Shown here piece by piece: positions 1-10,942 of a stretch of DNA of 61,157 bases. The notes beneath the pieces were generated by a model that worked only from the letters and a program-made list of their open reading frames with translations, was not told where the DNA came from and ran no database searches. Position numbers and translations under genes: made by a program. The stretch is from Methylotenera sp. (GTDB lineage: Bacteria; Pseudomonadota; Gammaproteobacteria; Burkholderiales; Methylophilaceae), in assembly GCA_023259635.1 (NCBI GenBank), contig JALRGX010000095.1, forward strand, positions 1 through 61,157. The letters are read 5' to 3'. The number at the start of each line of letters is the position of its first letter. The stretch's first letter is position 1.

Positions 1-467
1 TGCGCAGCTTTAAGCTTACGTAATGTTTCTTTCACATCACGTGCAATCGCATTGTCATGCACTTCCATTGTTTTAATCACACCTTCTGGATTAATAATGA
101 ACGTACCGCGCAATGCCAGACCTTCCTCATCAATATGCACATCAAATGCACGTGTTAATTGATGTGTAGGATCACCAAGGAGCGGGAATTTTGCCTTGCC
201 TACAGCTGGTGAAGTTTCATGCCAAACTTTGTGTGAGAAGTGTGTATCAGTTGTCACAATATAAACTTCTGCACCGGCTTTTTGAAACTCTGCATAGTTA
301 TCGGCAGCATCTTCAACTTCTGTTGGGCAATTGAATGTAAATGCTGCTGGCATGAAAATCACCACTGACCATTTACCTTTCAGGCTTTCATCTGTAACTT
401 CAATAAAGTTACCGTTATGAAATGCCTGTGCTTTGAATGGTTGTACTTGTGTATTAATTAATGACAT
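1..467 (-). CDS. ahpC: Alkyl hydroperoxide reductase C (peroxiredoxin), 3' end runs off the window
   Basis: Not in the ORF track. Hand translation from ATG at 467: MSLINTQVQPFKAQAFHNGNFIEVTDESLKGKWSVVIFMPAAFTFNCPTEVED..., containing the peroxidatic FTFxCPTE motif. Confidence 0.95.
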   Translation of the reverse strand, partial: MSLINTQVQPFKAQAFHNGNFIEVTDESLKGKWSVVIFMPAAFTFNCPTEVEDAADNYAEFQKAGAEVYIVTTDTHFSHKVWHETSPAVGKAKFPLLGDPTHQLTRAFDVHIDEEGLALRGTFIINPEGVIKTMEVHDNAIARDVKETLRKLKAA

Positions 468-532
468 ATTTTTTCCTATCTTTTAATGAAAAAATTACTG
501 CTGTTGAAAAATTCTATAAATTCGAGACTTGA

Positions 533-598
533 ATTATAGAAAGGTTATACAATTAAATCCAATATATCATTTTAATGATAATGATAAATTAAACTTAT
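533..598 (-). promoter_or_regulatory. OxyR-type operator and sigma70 promoter of ahpC
   Basis: Minus strand reads ATAA-N7-TTAT-N7-ATTA-N7-ATAT (598-562), matching the spacing of ATAG-N7-CTAT-N7-ATAG-N7-CTAT, followed directly by TGGATT-N17-TATAAT (561-533). Confidence 0.7.
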
Positions 599-714
599 TA
601 AACGACAGACTGTAAATAAGCAGGATTGCTACGGTATAAATATAGGTATGCACAGAAACAAATAACCTCTAATCATTTCGTGCTGAATCTTATGCCATTT
701 TTATTGCAAAACTG

Positions 715-1035
715 TTAAGCCTGCGTAACAACAATATCCTGCGTTGCAGTTGCACCATGATTATCGTGCCAGGTCACTGCCACAATATCCCCCACCTTGG
801 CACCTTTCAGCCTAAAGGTTAGATAAGGATTTTTAGAAATACCGGTACCCCACTGCGCTTCCAGTACTGTTTTACCATTGAGGGTAGCCGTCAGCAATTG
901 CACAAAGTGTGCGGGTATCAGCTGGCCAAAGTCATCTTTCCTGCGGCCAGTTTCCATAGGGTGGCTCATCAGCACTTTTACTTCAACAAAATCGCCCTTA
1001 AGCTGGGCACGCATTTTCATGTTATCCATAGTCAT
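715..1035 (-). CDS. soxZ: Sulfur carrier complex protein SoxZ
   Basis: HPMETGRRKD..G.LIPAHF and ISKNPYLTF motifs; adjacent to soxY. Confidence 0.9.
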   Translation of the reverse strand: MTMDNMKMRAQLKGDFVEVKVLMSHPMETGRRKDDFGQLIPAHFVQLLTATLNGKTVLEAQWGTGISKNPYLTFRLKGAKVGDIVAVTWHDNHGATATQDIVVTQA

Positions 1036-1046
1036 GCCTCGATCAA

Positions 1047-1481
1047 TTAACCACAGCCATTTTCGAGCACTTCAACATTTTTTGAGTTCGTAAAATAACG
1101 GCCATCTGCCTTTACCACTATTTTTACATCTGAAGTTTCTGCCATCTTGATACGCGTCACGACAAAAGGCTCCGCTCCATTGCTGAATACAAAATTAGCA
1201 ATCAGCGGCGTCGGATTTTTATCAACAAATATCGCAATCGCTTCAGTATTGGCAATATTACTTTTCACCTCTACCTGTACAATCGCGCCATTTTCGGCGC
1301 GATCAGGCGCTACGATCTGAATATCTGCACTAGGGATTTCTGCATCGACATTCAGGTACTTGCTGGCATCTTTTAACTGCACCGATTCAAACGCAGCTTT
1401 ATTCCACAGTGCTGCGAGCACCTTGGTTGGCAGCAGCGCTACAAATGCTGCAAAACCTAATAGAAATTCTCTACGCCGCAT
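1047..1481 (-). CDS. soxY: Sulfur carrier protein SoxY with a variant carrier arm
   Basis: Tat-like MRRREFL signal, AENGAIV, KNPTPL and RIKMAETS motifs, C-terminal GCG. Confidence 0.85.
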   Translation of the reverse strand: MRRREFLLGFAAFVALLPTKVLAALWNKAAFESVQLKDASKYLNVDAEIPSADIQIVAPDRAENGAIVQVEVKSNIANTEAIAIFVDKNPTPLIANFVFSNGAEPFVVTRIKMAETSDVKIVVKADGRYFTNSKNVEVLENGCG

Positions 1482-1505
1482 TTTATTGATCCTTATTATC
1501 AGTCA

Positions 1506-2984
1506 TTAAGATTTCGGTTTTTTCTCATCACCCAACATTTGCCTTAACTGCTTCAGGCGCGCTTCTACAATGGATTTCTGATAAAAATCACCGTCATTCG
1601 CTTTTGCTGCTAGGTCCATCTGTTCAACAGCACGTGCAAGGTCATACTTCCTATAATACGCTTCACTCTGCGCCTGATGACTCAGCAGTACCTGATTCTG
1701 CATAGTATAGGCTTTAGCGAGTAAATCATAAAAATACGGATCGTCAGGATACAGGCTCTGCTTTCCTAAAATCAGGCGTACAGCATCTTTTGTCTGATTC
1801 ATTGCTAGAAAATGCTCAGCATAACCATAAATCAATGCCCGATTGTCCGGATAGCGCTCCAATGCGGCGGCGTATTTCTTGGCCGCCTGCTGCGGATTGT
1901 TTCTGGCAACTTCTACCCTTGCCGACAGGCTCTCAATCATTGCATGCGGTGGCGCATTTTTCTTCAACCATGCCAACTCTTGCTCAAGCTGCGGAAATGC
2001 ACCTTTGCGCAGCAGAGCCACCGCCAGTCCATAATGTTCTGCAGCCTCATTGCTATAACGGTGTTCTCGTATATTCTGCTCAAAAACAGCTATCACCGTC
2101 TCCGGCACACCATATGTCGCACGAAGTTTTGCACGTACATACTGAAACTCTACACTATCTGCAACCTGGCGGTATGGCATTTGCTCTACCCGGTTAGTCA
2201 CGTCGGCTATACGCTCAGATGTCAGCGGATGGGTGCGCAAGAAACTGGGGGCACTGCCTTCAGAAAAACGCGAGCCACGCTGTAATGTGTTAAAAAATGC
2301 CGGCATTGCACGCACGTCAAAACCGCCGCTATTCAAAATCTGTAAACCGATACGATCTGCCTCGCGCTCATGCTCTCGCGTGTAATCAAGCTGGTTCTGC
2401 ACACCTGCTGCGCCTACCGTAGTCATTGCACCGGAAGCCAACTGCGGATTTGAACGCGCTACCAGTAATGCCAGCGCGAGCCCTGCGATATTTTTTAAAG
2501 TGTCATATTTCTGCGAAGCGAGCATGCGCGCCAGATGGTGCTGTGTTACGTGACCAATTTCATGGCCCAATACACTAGCCACCTCAGACTCGCTATTAGC
2601 CGCCAATATTAGCCCGGTATGCACGCCGATAACACCCCCTGGCATCGCAAAGGCATTGATCGTATTATCCTTCACCACAAAAAAAGTGAATTTCTGCCGC
2701 TTATCCGGCCCATTCGCCACCAGCCTTGCACCTAAAGCCTGCAAGTAATCTGTCACTTCGACATCTTGCAGCACATCATCGCTTACAGCAACCTCACGCA
2801 AAATTTGCTCGGCAATAGCCTGTTCCTGTAACGGTGACATGACTGTTGCGGACACATCACCCAAATCCGGCAGCTCATTTGCAGACGCATAGGAAAGAGA
2901 CAGCGCTGATACTAACGTGAAAATAATAATTGTGAACTTTGATTTCATTGTTGCTATGATAACGTTTATGGTCATTCGGTTCAT
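1506..2984 (-). CDS. bepA: M48 metalloprotease with TPR repeats, BepA/YfgC-like (start probably at 2948)
   Basis: LPDLG, INAFAMPGG, HEIGH (HExxH), EREADRIG, LRTHP and a helical TPR-like C-terminus. Confidence 0.85.
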   Translation of the reverse strand: MNRMTINVIIATMKSKFTIIIFTLVSALSLSYASANELPDLGDVSATVMSPLQEQAIAEQILREVAVSDDVLQDVEVTDYLQALGARLVANGPDKRQKFTFFVVKDNTINAFAMPGGVIGVHTGLILAANSESEVASVLGHEIGHVTQHHLARMLASQKYDTLKNIAGLALALLVARSNPQLASGAMTTVGAAGVQNQLDYTREHEREADRIGLQILNSGGFDVRAMPAFFNTLQRGSRFSEGSAPSFLRTHPLTSERIADVTNRVEQMPYRQVADSVEFQYVRAKLRATYGVPETVIAVFEQNIREHRYSNEAAEHYGLAVALLRKGAFPQLEQELAWLKKNAPPHAMIESLSARVEVARNNPQQAAKKYAAALERYPDNRALIYGYAEHFLAMNQTKDAVRLILGKQSLYPDDPYFYDLLAKAYTMQNQVLLSHQAQSEAYYRKYDLARAVEQMDLAAKANDGDFYQKSIVEARLKQLRQMLGDEKKPKS

Positions 2985-3034
2985 GAAAAAATGTTTCAGA
3001 ATATTACATCAGCACTCACTATAGCGAGCTTAAC

Positions 3035-3532
3035 TTGCAAATGAAATCTGATCAGCAGCCTCTAACGCATTTTGATGCCAGCGGCCAGGCGCATATGGTA
3101 GATGTAGGGAAAAAATCAGAAACCCATCGCATCGCAATTGCCACAGGAGTAATCAGCATGCAGCCTGCGACACTGGAACTTATTAAACAAGGCAACAGTA
3201 AAAAAGGTGATGTGCTTGGCATCGCGCGTATTGCGGCCATTCAGGCCAGCAAAAAAACCTCTGATTTGATTCCATTATGCCATCCAATTCCCCTTACGCA
3301 CGTTTCGGTCAGCTTCAATATCGATGATGCCAGTGCAAGCATTCTATGCACAGTAACTACCGAAACTTACGGAAAAACCGGGGTGGAAATGGAAGCGCTT
3401 ACTGCCGTGAGTACAGGGCTACTGACCATTTACGACATGTGCAAAGCTGCGGACCGCGGCATGGTTATCAGCAACATTCGATTAGCAGAGAAGCGTGGTG
3501 GAAAATCTGGCGACTGGGTTAGTGGCATATAA
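3035..3532 (+). CDS. moaC: Cyclic pyranopterin monophosphate synthase (ATG at 3041)
   Basis: [34 protein letters not shown]. Confidence 0.97.
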   Translation: MQMKSDQQPLTHFDASGQAHMVDVGKKSETHRIAIATGVISMQPATLELIKQGNSKKGDVLGIARIAAIQASKKTSDLIPLCHPIPLTHVSVSFNIDDASASILCTVTTETYGKTGVEMEALTAVSTGLLTIYDMCKAADRGMVISNIRLAEKRGGKSGDWVSGI

Positions 3533-3554
3533 AACCGTCGCCAGTAACTATTGA

Positions 3555-6185
3555 TTAGATAGAACCTGATACAGGTACCCGACTGTTCATTACCAGCTGC
3601 TCGAAATCAGCGGCTGAAACCGGCTTGCTAAAATAATAGCCTTGGAAATAATGACAACCGAAACTCTTCAGCACCTCAAACTGCTCTACCAACTCAATAC
3701 CCTCTGCTACGATATCACAGTGAATTGTCTTGCCTACTGCAAGCACCATTTTAATGATGGCGGCATCGTTAGAGTCGGTAAGAACATCATGTACAAATGA
3801 TTGGTCAATCTTGATTTGGGTAACAGGTAGTTTTTTCAAATAAACCAATGATGAATGGCCAATACCAAAATCATCCAGCGAGACCTTAACACCCATTTTT
3901 TTAAGTATTTTCATTTTGTTAATAACATCATCGATATTATCAACTACTGCAGTTTCAGTAAGTTCCAGCTTAAGCAAATCAGGATTTATACCCGTAGCAG
4001 TAATAATCTCGCGCAGTTCTGTTATGAAATTAATATATAAAAACTGCTTGGCACTGATGTTGACTGAAAGCCTGATATTTCCAAACCGCGGATGCTCTGC
4101 CCATGCTTTAAGCTGCTCGCAGGCCTGCTGCAATACCCAGTGACCAATCTTAATAATTTCGTGGCTCTTTTCGGCTATCGCTATAAACTCTGCAGGACAA
4201 ACTTCACCCAGCTGCGGGTGCTCCCATCGTAGCAACACCTCAGCCCCGACGACATTTTGATTTATATCTACAATACTCTGGTAGTTAAGATGTAATTCGT
4301 TATTTTTAATAGCTGTAGATAATGCAGATTCCAGCGTAAAGCACTTATCCAGTCCTTCCTGCATTAATTCATCGTAGAAGCGATAAGTATTGCGCCCCGC
4401 TGCCTTAGCCTGATACATGGCCGCATCTGCATGCCTCAAATGCACATCAAAACTATTAAGCTGGTCATCTATAAACAATGTAACGCCAAGACTCACACTA
4501 GTATTAAATTCAAACAGGCCTAAATGGTAACTAGTGCCAAGTCCATCCAACAGCTTCTGTGCCACCTCGCTTGCCTGCTGGTAAGCCCTGTCAATATTAT
4601 TGCCCAAGCCTTCGAGAATTACTACGAACTCATCTCCGCTAAGCCTGGCAACAGTATCACCGGCTCTAAGCGTGTGCTTAATTCTTTTTGCAACTTCAAC
4701 GAGTAATTGATCACCGATATCGTGGCCCTTACTGTCATTCAACATTTTGAAATGATCCAAGTCTACAAACATCAGTGCGCAATAAGTATTGGCGCGCTGA
4801 CTTAAAAGAACCGCATGCTGAAAACGATCTACCAGCAAACGTCGGTTTGGCAAACCCGTAAGCGCATCATAGTAAGCAAAATTTTCTATTTCCTGACGTG
4901 CTTTTTTCTGCTCGGAAATATCTCTCACAAAGCCCGTTACCAAAGATAAACCGCCTTCGTTCAGGGCTGTCAGCGTCAACTCAACTGGAAACTCTGTACC
5001 GTCAGAGCGCATTGCAAAAAGTTCAACGCGCTGATTAAAAATATGCTTCACATTGGTTAAAACAAATTGTTTATAACCTTCTTCATGTGCTTTTCTCAAG
5101 CGTGGAGGAATAATAAGTTCTGACATAGATCTGCCTAGAACCTCCTCACTTTTATAGCCGAACATACGTTCAGCCGCCGGATTAAACTCTACCAGATCTC
5201 CGGCATCATTTATCGTTAGGATTGCATCCAGTGCACCATCGATTACTGCTCGTAATTTCTTTTCATTCTCACGCGATATCCTTTCAGCAGCATTTCTACC
5301 TGATTGTAAAGTTGATATCAGCAGCATCGCCACGACCAACGTTACCATGAATGTCCACAATGAGAACAATCCCTCACCGATATCCACACTATAAAACGTA
5401 CCATAGCCCTGTGATGTAAACCATACAGCTAAAGCACACAAGCTAATCACAACGATGGATCCGCCAACAACACCTAAAGCCATCGAGGCCCAAATCAAAA
5501 CCGGCAGAATCAAAAATGCGGTTAATAAGAACTGTTTATTGAGGTCGTGCACCATATTAACAATCACATATTCACAACAAGCGAAAAACAACAGCCACGC
5601 GATTAGTTGAAGGCTTTGATGTAGATTGGTAATAAGTTTTCTTCTACTTACATTCAAAACCAATGGCAATGCCAACAGCACACCCACGCTATCGCCCATC
5701 CACCAGATAAACCAGATTCTAAACACATCATCAGGAGTAATTTGATTGCTAAGATACAGGCTTAGTGTACCGCCTGTTGAGGAAACCAGCATACCCAACA
5801 ACGCGGATGAAATCATCAGAAAAATATCGCGCTGCCTGGTAAGATCTTGATTAAAATTAGATTTTTTCAGAAGGTGCGCGGTGAGCAGGGGCGCCAAAGT
5901 ATTACCGCAAGCCATGCCCAGCGAAGTACTGGTAGGCAGGCCCAGAGATAACTCAACAAAAGTAGCTGCGACAAAAACGGCTGGCAGACTAACGTAACCC
6001 CAGCGGATGATGGCACCAACCGCGATGCCGGTTGGCAACCAAAGCAATGTGACGATGGACTCCTTATAAGGACCCATAAGCCCAAGCTTCGCTGACAGAA
6101 AGTAAGCTAAACCAACCAGAATAAATTTAAACACCAGTGATTCCAGCGTTTTCAGTTGATTTATCGCAGCGCGGCTTTGCATCAC
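3555..6185 (-). CDS. MASE1-PAS-GGDEF-EAL c-di-GMP signalling protein
   Basis: N-terminal membrane domain with LWLPTG and WWMGDSVG (MASE1), PAS (FNPAAERMFGY), SGDEF, EVLLRW and DDFGIGHSSL. Confidence 0.9.
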   Translation of the reverse strand: MMQSRAAINQLKTLESLVFKFILVGLAYFLSAKLGLMGPYKESIVTLLWLPTGIAVGAIIRWGYVSLPAVFVAATFVELSLGLPTSTSLGMACGNTLAPLLTAHLLKKSNFNQDLTRQRDIFLMISSALLGMLVSSTGGTLSLYLSNQITPDDVFRIWFIWWMGDSVGVLLALPLVLNVSRRKLITNLHQSLQLIAWLLFFACCEYVIVNMVHDLNKQFLLTAFLILPVLIWASMALGVVGGSIVVISLCALAVWFTSQGYGTFYSVDIGEGLFSLWTFMVTLVVAMLLISTLQSGRNAAERISRENEKKLRAVIDGALDAILTINDAGDLVEFNPAAERMFGYKSEEVLGRSMSELIIPPRLRKAHEEGYKQFVLTNVKHIFNQRVELFAMRSDGTEFPVELTLTALNEGGLSLVTGFVRDISEQKKARQEIENFAYYDALTGLPNRRLLVDRFQHAVLLSQRANTYCALMFVDLDHFKMLNDSKGHDIGDQLLVEVAKRIKHTLRAGDTVARLSGDEFVVILEGLGNNIDRAYQQASEVAQKLLDGLGTSYHLGLFEFNTSVSLGVTLFIDDQLNSFDVHLRHADAAMYQAKAAGRNTYRFYDELMQEGLDKCFTLESALSTAIKNNELHLNYQSIVDINQNVVGAEVLLRWEHPQLGEVCPAEFIAIAEKSHEIIKIGHWVLQQACEQLKAWAEHPRFGNIRLSVNISAKQFLYINFITELREIITATGINPDLLKLELTETAVVDNIDDVINKMKILKKMGVKVSLDDFGIGHSSLVYLKKLPVTQIKIDQSFVHDVLTDSNDAAIIKMVLAVGKTIHCDIVAEGIELVEQFEVLKSFGCHYFQGYYFSKPVSAADFEQLVMNSRVPVSGSI

Positions 6186-6186
6186 A

Positions 6187-7674
6187 TCACTTACTATTCA
6201 CATCAAGCCCTGCCTGCACCAGTTCTGCCGCGCGCAATACTGCCCGCGCCTTGTTCTGGGTCTCTATCCATTCACTCTGCGGGATAGAATCCGCCACAAT
6301 GCCTGCCCCGGCCTGAACGTGCAGCATATTATTTTTAATCACACCAGTCCTGATTGCGATCGCAACATCCATGTCGCCATTAAAACCCAAATAGCCGACT
6401 GCACCGGCGTAAATACCGCGCTTGCTAGGTTCCAGTTCGTCAATAATTTCCATCGCACGCACCTTGGGTGCCCCGCTTACCGTACCGGCAGGGAAAGTGG
6501 CTTTCAGAACATCTATCGCATCCATCCCTGGTTTTAACTTGCCTTCAACGTTACTCACAATATGCATCACATGCGAATAACGTTCAATCATCATGTTGTC
6601 AGTGACTTTTACCGAACCAGTCACTGCCACCCGGCCTACATCGTTGCGGCCCAAATCCATGAGCTGCACATGCTCAGCACGCTCTTTCGGATCAGCCAGC
6701 AACTCTTCCGCCAGCGCGATATCCTGCTCTCGCGTTTTACCGCGCGGACGTGTACCGGCAATTGGACGTGCGGTAACCGTACCGTTTTCCAGACGAACAA
6801 GAATTTCTGGTGAGGCGCCTACTACATGATGATCGCCCATATCGTAGTAAAACATGTAAGGTGACGGATTCAGGCTGCGCAGCACGCGATACAGCGAAAG
6901 TGGTGAGGCGGAAAATGACTGAGACATACGCTGCGACAGTACAACCTGCATAATATCGCCATCCAGAATATACTGCTGTGCGCGCTTGACCGCAGCCTTG
7001 AAATTATCTTCGCCGAACTCTGAGATCGCTACAGTTTTGTTTGTGGGCGGTGTTTCTGGGATAGTGACTGCTTTTTTAAGCATTTTCAGCAAATCACCGA
7101 GGGTAGCATGCGCACTTTCGTAAGCATTCTCTTCACTGGTGTCGGCATACACAATAAAATAAAGCTTGCCACTCAAATTATCCACCACAGCCAACTGCTC
7201 TGAAACCATCAGCAACACATCGGGATTACCAATCGTGTCAGGCTTATTTGTATTTGCCAGACGCTTTTCAATATAACGTATGGTTTCATAGCCAAAATAA
7301 CCGGCTAAACCGCCAGTAAACCGCGGCAGTCCTTCATATGGTGGGGTCTTGAAACGGGCCTGATATGCTTTCACAAAATCCAGAGGATTCGTATCCTCTA
7401 CCGTTTCCACAACCGTGTCGCCTTGAACGACCTCAACTTTTCTACCGTGCGCCACAATGCGTGTTTTTGCCGGCAAGCCGATAATCGAATAACGGCCAAA
7501 ACGCTCGCCACCTTGCACAGATTCCAACAAGTAAGAAAATGGCTGATTGGCCAACTTCAAGTATAAAGACAACGGGGTATCAAGATCCGCGAATGTTTCC
7601 AGCACCAGTGGAATGCGGTTATAACCCTGTGCTGCCAAGGCGTTGAATTCTGCTTGGTTGATTGTATTTAACAT
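6187..7674 (-). CDS. trpE: Anthranilate synthase component I
   Basis: [45 protein letters not shown]. Confidence 0.97.
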   Translation of the reverse strand: MLNTINQAEFNALAAQGYNRIPLVLETFADLDTPLSLYLKLANQPFSYLLESVQGGERFGRYSIIGLPAKTRIVAHGRKVEVVQGDTVVETVEDTNPLDFVKAYQARFKTPPYEGLPRFTGGLAGYFGYETIRYIEKRLANTNKPDTIGNPDVLLMVSEQLAVVDNLSGKLYFIVYADTSEENAYESAHATLGDLLKMLKKAVTIPETPPTNKTVAISEFGEDNFKAAVKRAQQYILDGDIMQVVLSQRMSQSFSASPLSLYRVLRSLNPSPYMFYYDMGDHHVVGASPEILVRLENGTVTARPIAGTRPRGKTREQDIALAEELLADPKERAEHVQLMDLGRNDVGRVAVTGSVKVTDNMMIERYSHVMHIVSNVEGKLKPGMDAIDVLKATFPAGTVSGAPKVRAMEIIDELEPSKRGIYAGAVGYLGFNGDMDVAIAIRTGVIKNNMLHVQAGAGIVADSIPQSEWIETQNKARAVLRAAELVQAGLDVNSK

Positions 7675-7755
7675 AAACTTCCTACAACTTTCTCATCATA
7701 ATTTTCTTCAATCGGTCAGCGATAGCTACCGGCTTATTATTACGTGTCTTTTCAA

Positions 7756-7833
7756 TTAAATTCGCCAAGAGCCACGCCAACGCAAGACTTCACTGCAAAA
7801 ATTACCGTGAAAATTATGACCTGATACTTTCAT
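7756..7833 (-). CDS. trpL: Putative trp leader peptide, 25 aa: MKVSGHNFHGNFCSEVLRWRGSWRI
   Basis: Hand-translated short ORF ending 81 bp upstream of trpE, with two Trp codons in an RWR..WR context; not in the ORF track. Confidence 0.75.
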   Translation of the reverse strand: MKVSGHNFHGNFCSEVLRWRGSWRI

Positions 7834-7858
7834 ATTGAAGTTTTGTTTTAAAAAATTT

Positions 7859-8524
7859 TTAAGTTAATAAGCCTGCCAAATCGGTCAAGCTGGGAATCGT
7901 TTCATCAACCAGGTTATGATCAATCGGCTTACCCTGATTATACCCATAGGGAACCGTCACAATGTAGCATCCGGCAGCATGTGCGGTTTTGACATCTATC
8001 AACGAATCACCAACGAGCATGGCCTCTGCTTCCAATACGTTGAATTTTGCACAAATGTATCGCAGTTGTATAGGGTCTGGCTTCTTTTTCGGTAAAGTAT
8101 CCCCAGAAACCACCACCTCGAAGAAATCAAGCAAGCCGCATTTATCAAGCAAAGGGATGGTGAACCTTTCGGGTTTATTAGTCACACATGCCAGCCTCAA
8201 GCCCTTATTCTGTAAAGTAGATAACGCCTGAACTACCCCATCATACGGTTTACTCTGCGTGACATTATCAGCGTAGTGCGCAAAAAACAGTGCCTGCGCC
8301 CGCTCAAATAAGGCCCCATCAGGTTCACCTTGGATATTTGCCGCCAGGCAGCGCATGATGAGCGCTTGCGCACCTTCGCCAATATAGCTTTCTATCTGAT
8401 TTTGAGGCATAACAGGAAAGCCCAATTCGGCAAGCATCTTATTGATAGAAGCTGCGATTTCAGGTGCGGTGTGAACAAGTGTACCGTCAAGATCGAACAT
8501 GACGGCTTTGACGTAGAAAGCCAT
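7859..8524 (-). CDS. gph: Phosphoglycolate phosphatase
   Basis: HAD motifs FDLDGTL, VTNK, KKPDP, VGDS; rpe-gph-trpE synteny. Confidence 0.92.
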   Translation of the reverse strand: MAFYVKAVMFDLDGTLVHTAPEIAASINKMLAELGFPVMPQNQIESYIGEGAQALIMRCLAANIQGEPDGALFERAQALFFAHYADNVTQSKPYDGVVQALSTLQNKGLRLACVTNKPERFTIPLLDKCGLLDFFEVVVSGDTLPKKKPDPIQLRYICAKFNVLEAEAMLVGDSLIDVKTAHAAGCYIVTVPYGYNQGKPIDHNLVDETIPSLTDLAGLLT

Positions 8525-8549
8525 GACTCTTTAATTTTTAACGCATATA

Positions 8550-8690
8550 GAGACCTTTATCCAAATAGGCGAGCGCAGTGAAGACAAGGCTAAAATTGAT
8601 GAAAAACCGGAGCTTATTCAATATAAATGAGGATTTTGAATCAATTTTTAACACCGTATTCACAAGCACAGTCATTTGTACAAAGGTGTC
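8550..8690. repeat. RPE-like palindromic element E1 (141 bp)
   Basis: Terminal inverted arms gagacctttatccaaat / atttgtacaaaggtgtc (14 of 17 match); internal ACAAGGC ... AACACCGT core; nested stems. Confidence 0.75.
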
Positions 8691-8698
8691 GCATAAAC

Positions 8699-8727
8699 AA
8701 TTAGGCGCCAACAAGTGGCGCCTAATT
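8699..8727. terminator. Hairpin downstream of rpe
   Basis: aattaggcgcca-acaag-tggcgcctaatt, a perfect 12-bp stem. Confidence 0.65.
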
Positions 8728-8740
8728 ATGCTTTTAATGA

Positions 8741-9460
8741 TTAAACAGTAGCAAGTGAAGCGCGCATTTCACTCACAACAGTATTGTAACGGTTAGCATC
8801 TGTATCTTTACCTGCACCAAAAATTGCTGATCCGGCAACAAAAGTATCAGCACCGGCGCGCGCGATTTCTGCAATGTTCTGTACATTCACGCCACCATCC
8901 ACCTCAAGCCAGATTTGACGGCCTGTTTTCTCATAGTAAGCATCAATGCGTGCACGGGCTTCTTTCAGCTTATCCAGTGTGCTTGGGATAAATTTCTGAC
9001 CACCAAAGCCTGGGTTCACTGACATCAGCAAAATCATATCGACTTTATCCATTACATAATCAAGGTAGCTCAACGGCGTAGCAGGGTTAAATACCAGACC
9101 GGATTTACAACCCAATTCGCGCACCAGGCTCAAACTGCGGTCAATATGCTCAGAAGCTTCCGGATGGAAAGTAATAATGTTTGCGCCCGCCTTGGCAAAA
9201 TCAGGAATAATGCGATCTACCGGTTTTACCATCAGATGTACGTCAATCAACGCACCTACTTTTTTTGATGTTTCACGAATCGCATCACATACCAATGGGC
9301 CGATAGTCAGATTAGGCACGTAGTGATTATCCATTACGTCAAAGTGCACAATATCTGTACCGGAGGTAATCACATCCTCAATCTCTTGGCCAAGTTTGGC
9401 AAAGTTTGCAGAAAGAATACTAGGGGCAATTCTAAAAGTTTTATCCATGGCTATGTCCAT
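8741..9460 (-). CDS. rpe: Ribulose-phosphate 3-epimerase (start probably at 9448)
   Basis: [36 protein letters not shown]. Confidence 0.97.
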   Translation of the reverse strand: MDIAMDKTFRIAPSILSANFAKLGQEIEDVITSGTDIVHFDVMDNHYVPNLTIGPLVCDAIRETSKKVGALIDVHLMVKPVDRIIPDFAKAGANIITFHPEASEHIDRSLSLVRELGCKSGLVFNPATPLSYLDYVMDKVDMILLMSVNPGFGGQKFIPSTLDKLKEARARIDAYYEKTGRQIWLEVDGGVNVQNIAEIARAGADTFVAGSAIFGAGKDTDANRYNTVVSEMRASLATV

Positions 9461-9671
9461 CTAAAATAATTTATCTACATAAACCGTTATTTTAACCTTA
9501 TTTTTCAATAATAAGATGAAGCTTCTTGCTTAACATAAGTCTATCCCTCAAAATTACGCATGGAAAATTCATCAACATATTTCTAAAACAAATCAATATG
9601 CAGGCAAATTAGCACAATGGCAGTAAAATACTCAAATATCAAAACACCGGCAATGAACCGATAAAATTTTC

Positions 9672-10931
9672 ATGCAGTTATACGTTATAGGCGTGAACCA
9701 CACGACCGCCCCCCTTCAAATCCGTGAACACGTCGCTTTTAATAGCGACCATCTTGGCAATGCCTTGCATGAACTCACTCTTAACGGCGCAACTGAAGCA
9801 GCGATTTTATCTACCTGCAATCGCACCGAGCTTTATTGCAGCACAGATGACCCGCAAAAAGCACTCGACTGGCTATCGCAATACCACCACCTTGAAAAAG
9901 AGGCCATTGCACCTTATATATACACCCTGCCCGATGATGAGGCTGTCAAGCACGCATTCCGGGTAGCCTCCGGTCTTGATAGCATGGTATTGGGCGAACC
10001 CCAGATTCTTGGGCAATTCAAACAGTCCGTCAAAATCGCGCAGGATGCCGGCACACTGGGCACGTTGCTGCACAAGCTGTTCCAGCGTACCTTTGAAGTA
10101 GCGAAAGAAGTGCGCACCAATACCGATATTGGCGCCAATTCAATCTCCATGGCCGCTGCCGCGGTTAAGCTCGCACAACGTATTTTTGGCGACATCAGCG
10201 AACAGAAAGTATTGTTTATTGGTGCTGGCGAAATGATAGAACTTTGCGCAGATCACTTTGCCGCACAGAAACCGAAAAGCATGACGATTGCCAACCGCAC
10301 CATTGAACGCGGTTCCAATCTGGCACAAAAGATTACTGCTCAAGGTATTCAGTCGCAGGCAATCCTGCTCAACGACCTGCCAATGCACTTTGCAGAGTTT
10401 GATATTGTCGTCACTTCAACCGCAAGCCAATTGCCCATTATCGGCCTGGGTATGGTTGAAACGGCGATCAAGGCACGCCGTCACCGCCCGGTATTTATGG
10501 TAGACCTTGCAGTACCTCGCGACATCGAGCATGAAGTTGCCGAGCTGGACGATGTGTTTTTGTACACCGTAGATGACTTGGCGCAGGTAGTTTCTGACGG
10601 TATTGAGAACCGCCAGCTTGCCGCAATAGAGGCAGAAACGATTGTTGCCAATCGCGTTGCGAACTTCATGCAATGGCTCAAAAAGCGCGATGCCGTACCA
10701 ACTATCAAAGCATTACGCGACCAGGCTGAAACCATGCGCAAAGCCGAAATGGAAAAAGCGCTTAAACAGTTGCAAAAAGGTGAGAATCCGGAAAAGATCC
10801 TGGAAACTTTAAGTATCGCCCTTACCAACAAATTTTTACACGCGCCCAGCCATGCACTGAACCAGTCACATGGTGAAGAGCACGCAAAGCTTGAAGACAC
10901 ATTGAAACAACTTTACCAAATTAAAAGTTAA
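9672..10931 (+). CDS. hemA: Glutamyl-tRNA reductase
   Basis: [28 protein letters not shown]. Confidence 0.97.
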   Translation: MQLYVIGVNHTTAPLQIREHVAFNSDHLGNALHELTLNGATEAAILSTCNRTELYCSTDDPQKALDWLSQYHHLEKEAIAPYIYTLPDDEAVKHAFRVASGLDSMVLGEPQILGQFKQSVKIAQDAGTLGTLLHKLFQRTFEVAKEVRTNTDIGANSISMAAAAVKLAQRIFGDISEQKVLFIGAGEMIELCADHFAAQKPKSMTIANRTIERGSNLAQKITAQGIQSQAILLNDLPMHFAEFDIVVTSTASQLPIIGLGMVETAIKARRHRPVFMVDLAVPRDIEHEVAELDDVFLYTVDDLAQVVSDGIENRQLAAIEAETIVANRVANFMQWLKKRDAVPTIKALRDQAETMRKAEMEKALKQLQKGENPEKILETLSIALTNKFLHAPSHALNQSHGEEHAKLEDTLKQLYQIKS

Positions 10932-10942
10932 AGAAGCACCCT

